DNA of 63,988 nt, the filler included, from Asterionella formosa (taxonomy: Eukaryota), in the NCBI GenBank assembly GCA_002256025.1. It is 5 parts of 5 records of this genome, joined end to end, with 100 filler letters (N's around TTAATTAATTAA, not from the genome) between each part and the next. Parts side by side here need not be neighbours in the genome. Positions count along the whole stretch, not along the records: positions 1 to 12,836 come from NKIB01007141.1; positions 12,937 to 25,770 come from NKIB01007152.1; 3 more parts are not named here. The stretch is one strand, 5' to 3'. Below, in pieces: positions 12,111-23,670 of the stretch. The notes below the pieces were generated by a model. That model did not search any database, was not told the DNA's origin, and saw nothing but the letters and a program-made list of their open reading frames with translations. Made by a program: the position numbers and the translations under genes. Numbering within the stretch: position 1 is the first letter of the stretch; every line of letters begins with the position of its first letter.

Positions 12111-12420
12111 TTGTGTTGGTTCTTGGCAGTGATATCTTCCGGTATCATAGTCACTAAGGTGCTTGCGTGCTTGATTGCTGTTGCTTGTTGTGGGCGCTTG
12201 TGTTTACTGAAAACAGTTCTTGATTTTGTAGATGTCATTGCTGTTGTGGCACTCATTATGCCTTGTGTTGGTTCTTGGCAGTGAGATCTTCTGGTATCAT
12301 TGTCGCTACAGTGCTTGCATGCTTGTTTTTGGTTGTGGGTGCTGCTTGTCTGCACTGAAAACGACAGCCCAGTTGTGTTCTTGATTTTGTAGATGTCATT
12401 CATTGCTGTTGTGTCTGGCA
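12111..12420. repeat. Diverged ~150-bp tandem duplication
   Basis: CTTGTGTTGGTTCTTGGCAGTGA occurs at about 12111 and 12262. GTTCTTGATTTTGTAGATGTCATT occurs twice. Confidence 0.75.
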
Positions 12421-12836
12421 CTTGTTTTGTGGGTGACATATCCATTAGGCACTTGTTGGTTGATGGAAAAATTGGGGCTTGCAACCTCTTGATTGGCGAT
12501 TTTTGTTGTTTTCCAATACCTGTGGTATTCAGCAATTACAGACAACTCTTCGATTTATTTCTGTAAAATAGCAGCACTCATGGGATGATGTTAAGGTACT
12601 TCAAGGTCAACAGCACTGTGGAAAAGCGGAGCAAAACATCATCTCATTTAGCAGTAGTGTAGTTGTTGCCTGAATCATGCTCATCATGGTGCTGATGATA
12701 ATTGTGTGTATTTGTAGCTTCATCGTGATGAAACTACTTATACATGCTGTTTCTACATCAAAACACACAAAATGTAAGTCCAAAAAATATATCATTGTTA
12801 CTTTGTGACTTTCAACTTCTTCATCTCTTAGCCAAT

Positions 12837-12936
12837 NNNNNNNNNNNNNNNNNNNNNNNNNNNNNNNNNNNNNNNNNNNNTTAATTAATTAANNNNNNNN
12901 NNNNNNNNNNNNNNNNNNNNNNNNNNNNNNNNNNNN
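12837..12936. other. Artificial scaffold linker (N44-TTAATTAATTAA-N44)
   Basis: 100-nt spacer with stop codons in all frames; identical to those at 25771, 38693 and 51605. Confidence 0.97.
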
Positions 12937-15900
12937 TATTATAGAATTACGTGAACAAAAATTTAAGGCAATGTGAACTGAATTACAGAATTAATTGAAG
13001 TATTTCAAATAATTATGTGAAGTATTTCAAATAATTATGTGAAGGTGATCACGTAATGTAGTGATGATCAGGAATGCATGCATGATACTCTGATCAAATA
13101 ATTAACGTGATGTATTCAGATAATATATAGATATATTCAAGTAAGCATTTTGATGTATTCAACTAATTCATGTGATCCATTCAAAATCAACTAGGCTTAT
13201 TGACGTGATGGTCACTTCACGTAATACGCGGCTTAGATGAATGATATTGATACATCTGATGTTGGCGGCAAGTTTTTGCTCCAGTCATGTATGTGAGCGA
13301 TGCTTAACTGATATTCTAGTCATTTAGCCTACATACTAGGTACATGGTACTCAAAACAACCACGCAAAGGTTTAAGCTAAACTTTAACGCTTCAATGCAT
13401 CGTTACCATATGCATACTGTAGAGATAGCTATTAAATTTACGAGACTAGTGTGTTAAATTATTTACCTCACATATTCGTTTTTTATGTATCCCCGACTTC
13501 GTCTTCACAATTGTAATAAAACACTCTACCTTGCCTGCCGTTGCTCGATTCGGGCTTGCAACCACAGGATCTTTCGACTTTCTTTAGAGCCCATTGTCTG
13601 CTGCGTGTTACGCTTGTTAGAGCGGATCGGTGAGTACAACAGTGAAAGACTGAATGTGATCGTAGATAATAGCAATTGTCGAATTTCTGATTTGATTGCT
13701 TCCATGGTCCGTTTTGGTCGCTTCCCTCGTTGTTTGTCGTTCCACACTGTCGTTTTGATTCGATTGTGCGTAACTATGTACACAAGGGCATATGTATATA
13801 TCAATGCCTACTCTTTGAAGATGTGGTATTGTGCCGTTGTTGATCTTATTTGTTGATTTGTTTAGTCGATGACCATGATGTCAATATTGCCAACAAGCTA
13901 GCTATGTCTGCTTTTCTTGCACTAACGCGCTTTGCTAACTTTCTACTACGAGTTCATATCACCAGCTACGTAACGATACTCAGCTAGATGGAGTCGATAG
14001 CGCTTGAGCAGCCTGACGATCACGCTCGCTCAGAATAGAATGATCAGTGTTGCTTGTTTGGCGGGCGGAGGAATGACTGTGGCGGAACGACTGCTACTGG
14101 TGCCAGACTGCCACAGCGGTGTGCATGGTTGCAACAACCAGATCATCTATGCTACATAACGATGCAGGTCTAAATTAGATTCAGCTTTTTTCTTCTTATT
14201 TCGGTATTTGATTGTGTGATGATGGAAATTCAATGTTTCCGGTGTAAGTACTACAATTTCACTATGCATACGCTTCCATTGAAACTCCTATTTTTCCTTC
14301 ATTTCTAACCCAAACCAATTTTTTCTATTTCTCATTTGATGCTACTTATTACATCAAATTTCATACTTTGGTTGCTCCAAACATCATGTTCAATTTTCAA
14401 TGATGTTACATGTTACAATCATTCTCGTGTGTTAGACGCATGTTGTACCATTTCTATCTACTTTACCGTTATTCTATCTGTCGTGCTAAAATCGGCAATT
14501 TTATTGCCAAAAAATTCGATGTGCCCCATATTGCTCCAACATAAATATTACTTAAGAAATTAATCAGAGCTAAAAAATTACTTGGAAGTACCCAAATGGC
14601 AAGACGATAGCTGGAGCGGGAATTGCTCGATCAAAAGTAGCTCAGGCCAGCTACTCAAGTCGAAGACGCCAGTCGAAATTTTGCAAATTCACAGTGCCCA
14701 CTTTCTTGTCTTGCTCTTGCAAATTTATGTTTATCAGGTTGAAATGATCCCATTTTGTTCCTGAAATTTCTTTAGGGTTCCTTAAACTCGTTTCTTCTTT
14801 GGCTTTCTCCACTACACTACACTAGTACACTACACTACATTAGTGTATGAAGGCATCCAAGACCAAAGAAACACACAAAACAACAGGGACAACAACATGG
14901 TCGACAAAACCACCAAAAAGTGACCATGTAACAAAGTAACACAATTAAGATAGAAATGATAGTACTGCCGGGAGAACCCAACCAGCAATCAACCAATAAT
15001 GTGCATCATCCAAGAAGCACGAAACAACAATACCAACAACAGCAGAAAACTCTCAAGGAATAGGTGCAAACAGCACCAACTTTCTAGGAAATGCAAAAAA
15101 ACAACTATTGGAAGTAAAACAAAAAGCCAACGACCACTCTTGGCTTTACTTTCAACCCAAATGATACGTCTAAACCCCATCACAAACTATGTGAGACCAT
15201 GCCACCATGCACTCAATACAATCGACACCATTGTCTTTCCTTGTACATTGTTCACAAAACAATCAAGCAATCATAGTGTAAAAGTCCAACAAACCAAACC
15301 AACAACAATTCAAGTAAATTATACCACTGAGGTCAACACTAGTGGCCACAAACAATCTAAGCAACCAACAAGCACTCATTTCAATCTGAACACCTGTCAT
15401 GTTGCATACCTGCTTAAATTTTCAAAACAGAATAACAAACCAAGAAAAGCTAATAATCGACCTTAAAATTTTTGCTACTATCAATATTTCATTTCTCCAA
15501 ACAAGAGAGAACTTTAAATATATCATCAGATAAGACCTACAATACACATATGTGCATAAATTAATACCACTCAATCAGGGGTATCATACGATAACTGGCA
15601 CAGAATTTTTCTGTGCATGATACATATTTCGTTAAATGTATGATAAATGCATACTATATAGATATGTGTGGAATACATACTAAGTGTACCTGATTTTGTC
15701 CTGCCATCATAGTACTAGTAATAGGTTCATGGTTTAGCACCTCAGTTTTGACCATGATGAAATTATTAGACTGAAATTCTCATTGAAAATTGAAATTGAA
15801 GTATTGCTATTTCGTAGGTATATCTAGCCTCAAATAGATGAGATCATATTCATTCAACAAAAAAATTGACACTAATAATGCTCACTTTTTAAGGAATGAA

Positions 15901-16174
15901 CAAAAACAAGACAACGTTGAGTCCGCGATGACTAGCCTAATAACTTAAACAAGATGATTTTTCTATCTAATGTACAAATTAACAAGAAAACTTGAACAAT
16001 GAAAATCTCGGAGAGGGCACAACATTTCAAAATGCACGAAAGTAACTCAATGTAAATATTGTACCGATTTTCATGTATGTACTAATTGTTGTGGATTAAA
16101 TTTCTATGGAATTATGGAGTAGTTTATCTTGGATTTTAATATAGACATACATGCAGGCATCCAACAAAACACTA

Positions 16175-17287
16175 ACGTATACTTCATTGTCCTGGACCGC
16201 CCCCCACCAATGTACACTGCTGTGACAAAATTTGACTGATTTTACTTAAGGGGAGTCCAGGACAATGAAGAGATTTCCCTAATAATACTGGACATTAGAA
16301 TAGCGCACATTGTTCTAAGATGTATTTATATGACAACTTTTCCGTGATGTGAAATATGAGAGAGCTCTTCACCTCGCAAGAAAAATGTGAGTTCATGTTG
16401 TTATTGGCAATCTCAATTTTCGTTTTCATTATTAGTGTTATTACTTTACTTATTTTATGATTGTATTTTCCATGTCTTTCTTAATACAGGTAGCAAGTAG
16501 CAAAGCGCATTCTTGGTTGCATCCTTTTCCTTTCGTGCTCATCATCATGATGCCACATGTCCCTCTTCATCCTCATGGCATTCCTTTACAGGAATTCAAT
16601 GAGTACACGATGATGGACAAGGGTACATGCTGGGCATATATTTCTGACAGTTTGGCCTCTTTTGCTGGTGTGTCGAACACAAACAAGGATTGCTTACAGC
16701 ATATACCCAGAACAAGGTGATTCTTCCCAAGATGGAGGCAGCAGGCATAGGTACAAGGGAAGAAAAAATCGTGTTAAAAACGGATTTGTTGAATTGATTC
16801 AGCATGCTGCAGAGGAAGCCATCATGATGCTCTCTGCAATCACTCCAGCAGGGTATATGGTATATTTCCAGAGCCTTTGCCATTCTTGGACACAAGATCG
16901 GCTGCACATGAGCTGCTATGGGAATAAGTGATCAGATCTATTCAACTTATTCAGGCTACATAATGGCACTGGCTTCACAGTTGATTTTGAGCAGGAACTT
17001 AGCAACCTTTTGCATGGTTTTTATCGGATTATTGCAGAAGAGAATCATGATGGGTTAGGAGAGATTTGTGAGGGTAAGGACCCCATGAACAATCAACTAT
17101 ATCACCTCCTTTGTACTTGGTTCATTGAGTTAAAAGTTAATTAAATTTAGCTAAATAATTATATACTAGTGCTTACAAGGACCAAAAGATTTATAGCACA
17201 TTACTTTGTCCATGACAAGAAAATTATTGGGTGTTTGGTTCCACCTCAAAAAAATGTACAGGGTGTCCAGGACAATGAAGAATACAG
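16175..17287 (+). mobile_element. Non-autonomous TIR element (Tc1/mariner/pogo-like ends, TA TSD) with internal cargo
   Basis: TA|ACGTATACTTCATTGTCCTGGAC ... GTCCAGGACAATGAAGAATACAG|TA. An internal inverted copy of the TIR core lies at about 16255-16270. The arms are homologous to copies at 25646 and 26028-26685. Confidence 0.8.
16640..17135 (+). pseudogene. Crypton(S)-like tyrosine recombinase gene fragment
   Basis: Reading through one TGA gives CYGNK*SDLFNLFRLHNGTGF..FEQELSNLLHGFYRIIAEENHDGLGEICEGKDPMNNQLYHLLCTWF. This resembles the region just before the catalytic domain of stramenopile Crypton-type recombinases. Confidence 0.6.
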
Positions 17288-17765
17288 TAGTTGTTCTATT
17301 TACAACTTGAAAATTTTTGCATTGCGGAAATAATCACAAATTCCACTGACTAGATCATTGTGCATATTGCAACACCTTTGTGCAGATAGGCAATGAACCC
17401 AACCTCCAGTCTCCACACAAACATGATCAACCCCTCTGTCGTCCTTCATGCCACATCCCAAACAAATGGCTAACTATTCTCTGTCAAACCATGGCAGATT
17501 GGACCTGCAAATCCGCTTCTAACAGAGCTATCTAGCACACTTGACAATATTTCCAATGACCCTTTGGCAGAATTCTACCCCACAAAAACAATCAACCCTG
17601 ACTAGGCAGCAGACTAGCAGCCTCCATCGACCAAAACAGGCATATTTGCAAATGCAGAAATATCAGTAATTCTATGCAGTAGGTGACTACGGTAGTTGGA
17701 TTCCTGTAGTCACTACATCAAATAGCACATTCTTCATTCCAGAACAGAGGTGCAAAAGTGGATGT

Positions 17766-18811
17766 CTAGACATCCCCCCTCACCCAATGCTTGAAACGCA
17801 TAATTTCATCCAGCACCTGTTGCACTATTTCTTTTTGCCATTTCTCTGGGTACAAGCTCATCAACCCCACCACTCCACCTGCCAAGTGATACATCCTGGG
17901 CACCAATCCATGGTTGAATGCCTTACTTCCTCCTCCTGCATGAGCCAGTGAGGCTATTGGTAGGTACAAGTTTTTCGCAGAAAGTACTGCCCCACCCAGC
18001 AAATTTCCCTGTGTGTTACTGCAATCTATACACTGTGGATAAAATCGAAAGCCAACTTTGCTACCAACGATCTTTCTCCACCATACATTATTCATTTGCG
18101 AGGCTACACTCTTTGGTGGCATGTGGTCGCCATGAAACTTGACTGACAGCATGGGCTTGGCTCTCATTTTGCTTCCGCATGTGTGGCAACCAAATATTTT
18201 ACCAAGTCTTTCGATTTGAATACGTTGATTGGCGCTGGCGTATGAGCCCGTGGCTGGGAGAGATGCTCGGGCAAAGGATCCCAAGTGTGTAAACGAGGAA
18301 GGTGCAACCCCCCAGAAGCGGCCTCCAAATAGCTTGAAGGCAAGCAGTCCAATACCCATACTAAAGCCAAATTTAGTGTATGTTCATACAAAGTAATACA
18401 ATAAATTATCATTCAAAATGTGCCGACTTACATTTTCAGTGTCTGCGTGGACAAAACCCCTGGCTGATCGCCAATGCTGACACGTGATGCGCTAATTGCT
18501 CTAATGAGAGCCTCTTCGTCGTCATGCCTTCTCAAGCCTCTCCAGATACTCTTCTTCTTAGTTGCATGATTGATTCGCTCATTCATGTATGTCGCACTGT
18601 AATGACTAACCAGCGACGCTGCTGCGACAGAAGCGACACCTATCAATGTTGGGAGAGGTCGAATACTCCCAGTCGATATGCGCAGTAATCGCTGTTGAAG
18701 GGTTGTAGAGGTGGCTAAGGTTAAATAAAATGTAAAAGTGCCCGAAAGTATAGGAATGACTTGGGGAGGAAGATCATCCAGCTTCTGGGAAAGAAAAGAT
18801 TTTGTCATCAT
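17766..18811 (-). CDS. Membrane-associated hypothetical protein with HNH/treble-clef-like Cys-His domain
   Basis: Two ORFs joined in frame by intron 18431-18361 (GTAAGT..TTTAG). Hydrophobic N-terminal segments. Motifs GCHTCG, DHMPP and FYPQCIDCSNTQG. Confidence 0.8.
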
Positions 18812-19531
18812 GGTGCCGGTGAAGTGTGTATACCACCGGTAGGCGAGGGTGATTAATGATTACATGATCATGTATGTATACTGGGTAGACGAAAATTCCT
18901 TATAAATATATTAATACGTATACAACTCCTACGGGTATGTTTGCAATTTAGGGAACTGCCGGTAGACTACTGGGACTTTGAAATATGCCGTTACATACCG
19001 GTAAATAATGTCACCCAATCCTGAGAATACCGGTCCCTACATGACTAAGCAGTCTACCGGTATTCATGTATGAGTATGTATATAACATCAAAACAGTTTT
19101 TTGCTGCCTTCGTAAAGCTTTTTTAGGAAGCACGGTAAATTTGCTTGTGGGATAGCAAAACCTATTGTAAATAAGAGACTATTTCGGTACTTGGACACAA
19201 TCAGGTGTATGAACGAACAGTAGTGATGAAATCGATTGACAGCGGTCACAAACTAACAAACAGCAATTCAAGAAAATTCTAGCCATGGTATTGCAAATAA
19301 AAAGATAAAATGGATAAATAACTAAGGATCCAGATAAAAATCGATTAAGTAATAGAAATGAAGGTAATGGTGTATGAAGCAAGCTCGATCATGCAGATCA
19401 ACCGATGAAAAGCGTGCACGGTGTGCGTATAGATCTCAAAACACAAATCAATTGGACATGTGGCAACAATGCGCTAAGCGATGTAGCACCTAGGCGGGAG
19501 GCATCCCAGATAGTATTGCGTGATGAAATCA

Positions 19532-20128
19532 TTACACAAACGAAGCCGCACCCATGGGATTGTCCCCGACATCTTCTACCATACGAAGGGCCTTTCTCGC
19601 TGCGTCTTTTTGGCGATCCTTGTCGAGTTGACACCATTCGATAAGCATTTCATCATCTGTCTCTACATGAACTGCACGACCAGTCGCTCTACTCTCGAGA
19701 GGTCTCTCAACGACCAACTTCTTTTGGATATTTTTGGCAGGTAGCTGTTTCTTGATCTCCTTCACCATTATTTTGACTCTAGTCTTCTCTGCCTGACGGA
19801 TTTCGTACAATTCGGCGGCAGCTGCGCGGGCAGTCTTTGGCATTGGTTTCAAGGCTACTACTCCATCACGGTGAGGGGCCACCGAAGCATGTTCGGGAAT
19901 TTCAGGAGGATACGTGTTGATTCTATGCTGATGGTACATATTTGTAGAGTTGAGGGAATGCTTCGAGCTGTTGGATTGGTAGCTGCTGTGGTCGCCAGAA
20001 TCGATCGAGGACGATTGAAAGAGGTACTTATCCGAGGACGTCTGTATAGAACGATATCCATCGACCGGAGCACCAACATAGGTCGGGCTTGTGGCGAAAG
20101 GCACCACGGTGCGAGGTGAATATGACAT
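19532..20128 (-). CDS. Hypothetical protein (198 aa)
   Basis: ATG-initiated ORF with protein-like composition: Ser-rich N-terminus and helical C-terminus. No family recognised. Confidence 0.65.
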   Translation of the reverse strand: MSYSPRTVVPFATSPTYVGAPVDGYRSIQTSSDKYLFQSSSIDSGDHSSYQSNSSKHSLNSTNMYHQHRINTYPPEIPEHASVAPHRDGVVALKPMPKTARAAAAELYEIRQAEKTRVKIMVKEIKKQLPAKNIQKKLVVERPLESRATGRAVHVETDDEMLIEWCQLDKDRQKDAARKALRMVEDVGDNPMGAASFV

Positions 20129-21076
20129 GGTCAGTTCAGAGAATAGGGTTGCTGGAGGGAATTACTCGCTTTATTCTGATGTTCCACAAGAACAATATGC
20201 ATGAAAATGTAAGTGAAGATGAAGGAAAATGTGATGTTGATCGTTGGAGGGACCCAAACGGATTTGCACGTTACTTGAACAAATTTGGTCGTGGTATCGG
20301 CACGACAAAAAGTTGTTCAATACTCTTGTTTATAATATTTGTTGTATGTTTTATATAGACTACCGGTAAATTACGGTTCCGGTCTTGATTTCAGTACCGT
20401 TATCAAGTGTATGTTGATTTTCCACATACAAATTGGAAACCCCAACAAATGCCGTGTACGAATCGAAGTAACTCTACATGTCTTAGTTTTTAAAGTACCT
20501 GTTAGTCTACCTGGTACATATCGGTATATACAAGATACAAACATATACGGCATAGGAATTGGCTGCCAGCCATGGAAACAAGGTTTTGAATTGAAATCAC
20601 GTCTTGTATTGGACCTGCAACCGGGAGTCAAACCAGTGGCAGAAAAATCGCTGGTGTAATTCGTGAATTGGATTCACGAACCCGCTCGCTTCTTGTCGAG
20701 CAGGAGACGAAGCAAAGAAGCGAATAGAATGACATCACACTTACTACCCTTCGACCTACTTACCGGTACCCGTGCCAGGGAGTCCCTAGTATCGGGTACT
20801 GCCTTGGCTTTCAGGTAAATCGACAGTTTTGCCGTTATGCGCAAAATGCGCATGTGAGGATGGTGGTTCAAAGTTCAAACAATCAAATTTCCTCAACGAC
20901 ACTTAGACAGCATCACAAAGTCGTTCAAATCGCCAACAATCAGGTCGTTTGGATGTCGTACATAGAGCGATTAGCGTTGGGGCCTTCTTGACCTCATCTA
21001 ATCATACAACAACAACGGTAACACCGTTGGATCTTTCAATCTCACTTCTGAAACACTCATAACTTTATGAAACAAT

Positions 21077-21936
21077 ATGTCAAGTTCATTGTCTAAAGCA
21101 AATAATCAGCAGCTACAACAAATGGATGAATTCCTCGGTGATTCTTGTCGATTTCAGCAGCAGCGGCCATCATCAGCTATCCGACAAAGTTCTGCTGACC
21201 AGTATGGCCATATAAAACGACGGATACCCTCAGGTAATCCCAATCCCTTTCTTATCGACACGTCCAAGGAACTAGGACAACAATCTTTTGGTAAGTTATT
21301 GCTCTCTTCAAAATTTTCTGAAAATCGGAAGATCCGACGCTGATAATTAAGAAATCCTTCGCGGAACATCTCATTCCATCTTCAATTGCGTGCTCACCAA
21401 TACAACTATTCGTCAAATTTTTAGCGGCTCCGTACGTAGTTCATCGCAAGTTGCTTCGTCGCAGGCACATTGCTCTCATTCAAAAGCGCAAAGACAATGC
21501 GTTGATCAGGGCTCAAAACAATAGATCTTCCAGATCTGTCTCTGAGCGGCAGCAACAATTGGTTGCTTTCTCTTCAGAAGGAAGAGATCTTGATAGTCGA
21601 CGATCCCGAGAAATTCGACAAACTATTCGTCCCCGAAATCTGGCTGCATCTCGTTCGTTCGAAGATAAGATATCACAACAAAAACAAATCGATTCCGCTG
21701 AATTGGCGGAAGACCAAAAACGACCACAGGACATTATTGAATCAAGCAGGGAATACAACAAACGCCAAAAAATCGGCAACATATGCTTGACCTTTTCTCC
21801 TGTCCGGATTCGTCCTTTGGCAGGGGTTGTGCGATCCCTTTCTGCAACTGCATACATTGACCCTTACTTTCAAAACGAAATGTTGAATCCATATCGACGA
21901 GTGCATACTCGCCATTTTACATCAACTCATAACTAG
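21077..21936 (+). CDS. Hypothetical basic protein (2 exons)
   Basis: Intron 21291-21424 (GTAAGT..TTTTAG) joins the 88-aa and 161-aa ORFs in frame. Confidence 0.55.
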
Positions 21937-22000
21937 GTAGATCATAAGTATCATGTTGACTGCTATAAAGGTACATTGTCAATATGGAATTGATCTACGT

Positions 22001-23670
22001 TCACCTAGTTGTTCGAACTCCTCGACGGCGCATGAAATAGAGGACAGAAGAAACCACAAAACAAGACGCTGCGATCGTTGTTGCAATTGCCAAGGGCTTG
22101 ATCCAACGACATAAGAAGTCATTTTCGTCATGATTTGCATCATTGTCTGTGTCCACAGTGACAACACTCCTATTCAATTTTGTGACAGTTGATGTCCTCA
22201 TCACTACACCCTTGCTACTAATTTTTTCACTCTTCTCAACCACTCCCACATCTTCAATGTCCACTTGCTTGCTATTTTCTGTAGCTTTGAGTACAACCAG
22301 TTGCCCACACGCGGATTCAATGTCCGCTCCCATGGTGCGTCGAATAGTACACAATGTATTGTACGAGCTTACGACATTTTGGAAAGATTTCATGTTTTCT
22401 TCGCTTGGACATCTTAAGGTGTCCTTGACGTCGGTTGGATTGTACGGAATAAGATTTACTAGCAAGTGTCGATTTTGGCAGAGTTTGCCCAATTGATGAG
22501 CACATTCGAGTGTGGAAGTCGCCCCTTCCAACATAACGTATTCAATCATCGCACGTCGTTTACTAGATTCCTTGATGCGGTCAGCGTCCGTGTATTCAGC
22601 CCCGTTGTATCGTTTTTGCTGATAAAACATCATGTGGTTGTCCTGTATTTAGTTAGCGAATAGGAAAGGTGCGAATTATTTTGAGCCTAATCATTTCATA
22701 TTAGTACAGGTGCACTTATTGGTGATTGGAGAAAATAACTCACCAAAGCATCAATCAAACCCTCAATCTTGTACGCCTTGGCTGCTGGTACAATGGCAGA
22801 TCTCGCTTCTTGATTTGGGGCATGCAGTGAAAGAGCCAACGAAACTTCTGGCAAATCTCTCGTCAAGTTGTAGATCCTAGGTGTGACCCCAACGGTACTC
22901 ACAGTAATTTTACCATGAGCCAAGTTCCACCTTTTCCGATCAAGCAAGCATTTGCAAGCACTCACAACATTGTCATAATTATTGAGCGGTTCGCCCATTC
23001 CCATGAAAACTACATTCCTCACAATGTGCTGCTTCGCCTCCTTGGTTTCCTTCCACTCATTCGCCAAAAATCTATGGGCATGTACCATTTGTTCCAAAAT
23101 TTCACCAGCAGTCAAATTCCCTCTAATTCCCATTGTGGCTGTCGCACAAAAGGTGCATCCCATGGCGCATCCAACTTGTGAACTGACACACAGGCTCACT
23201 CGTGATCCTGCAATGCTATTGTATCGCATGAGAACTGATTCCACCATTTGACCGTCGTAAAGCTTAATTGCTAGCTTGGTAGTTGTTTGGTCCGAGGATT
23301 GCTTAGCGCAATCGATAGTTGATGTGACAGTGGCGAATCCATTGTTGGGGTCCTTGAGAAAGTCTAGTAGCAACTTATTCAATTGTTTCTTGTTTCGGTT
23401 CTTGCTTTTGCTGACTTTATTTTTGAGTGGCGAGATTTCACTGTCTTCGAGGCTTAAGCCTTGTTCGTGCTTATAGTAGTTGTCTACAAATACTGGCAAC
23501 TCAGGATAATGCTGACGATGGAGGCTCTGATAGAACGTGTCGATTTGAGTGGGCTTCAGGAAGATCTTGCGGTCTTCGAGGGCTCCAAGAAAAGCATTTT
23601 GATCGAGAATTGAATTTGGGAAAGGCGGAGACCGTGACCGTTTCGACGAAGATGGGATCGGCGCTGTCAT
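22001..23670 (-). CDS. rlmN: RlmN/Cfr-family radical SAM RNA methyltransferase with C-terminal TM segment
   Basis: CVSSQVGCAMGCTFC (CxxxCxxC), VFMGMGEPL, VSTVG, SLHAP, EYVML, VNLIPYN, GADIESACGQL. Intron at 22743-22643. Confidence 0.92.

Noticed and set aside
12881..12892. TTAATTAATTAA as a piggyBac/Kolobok target or regulatory site
   Set aside because: It is an identical synthetic linker centred in N runs four times.
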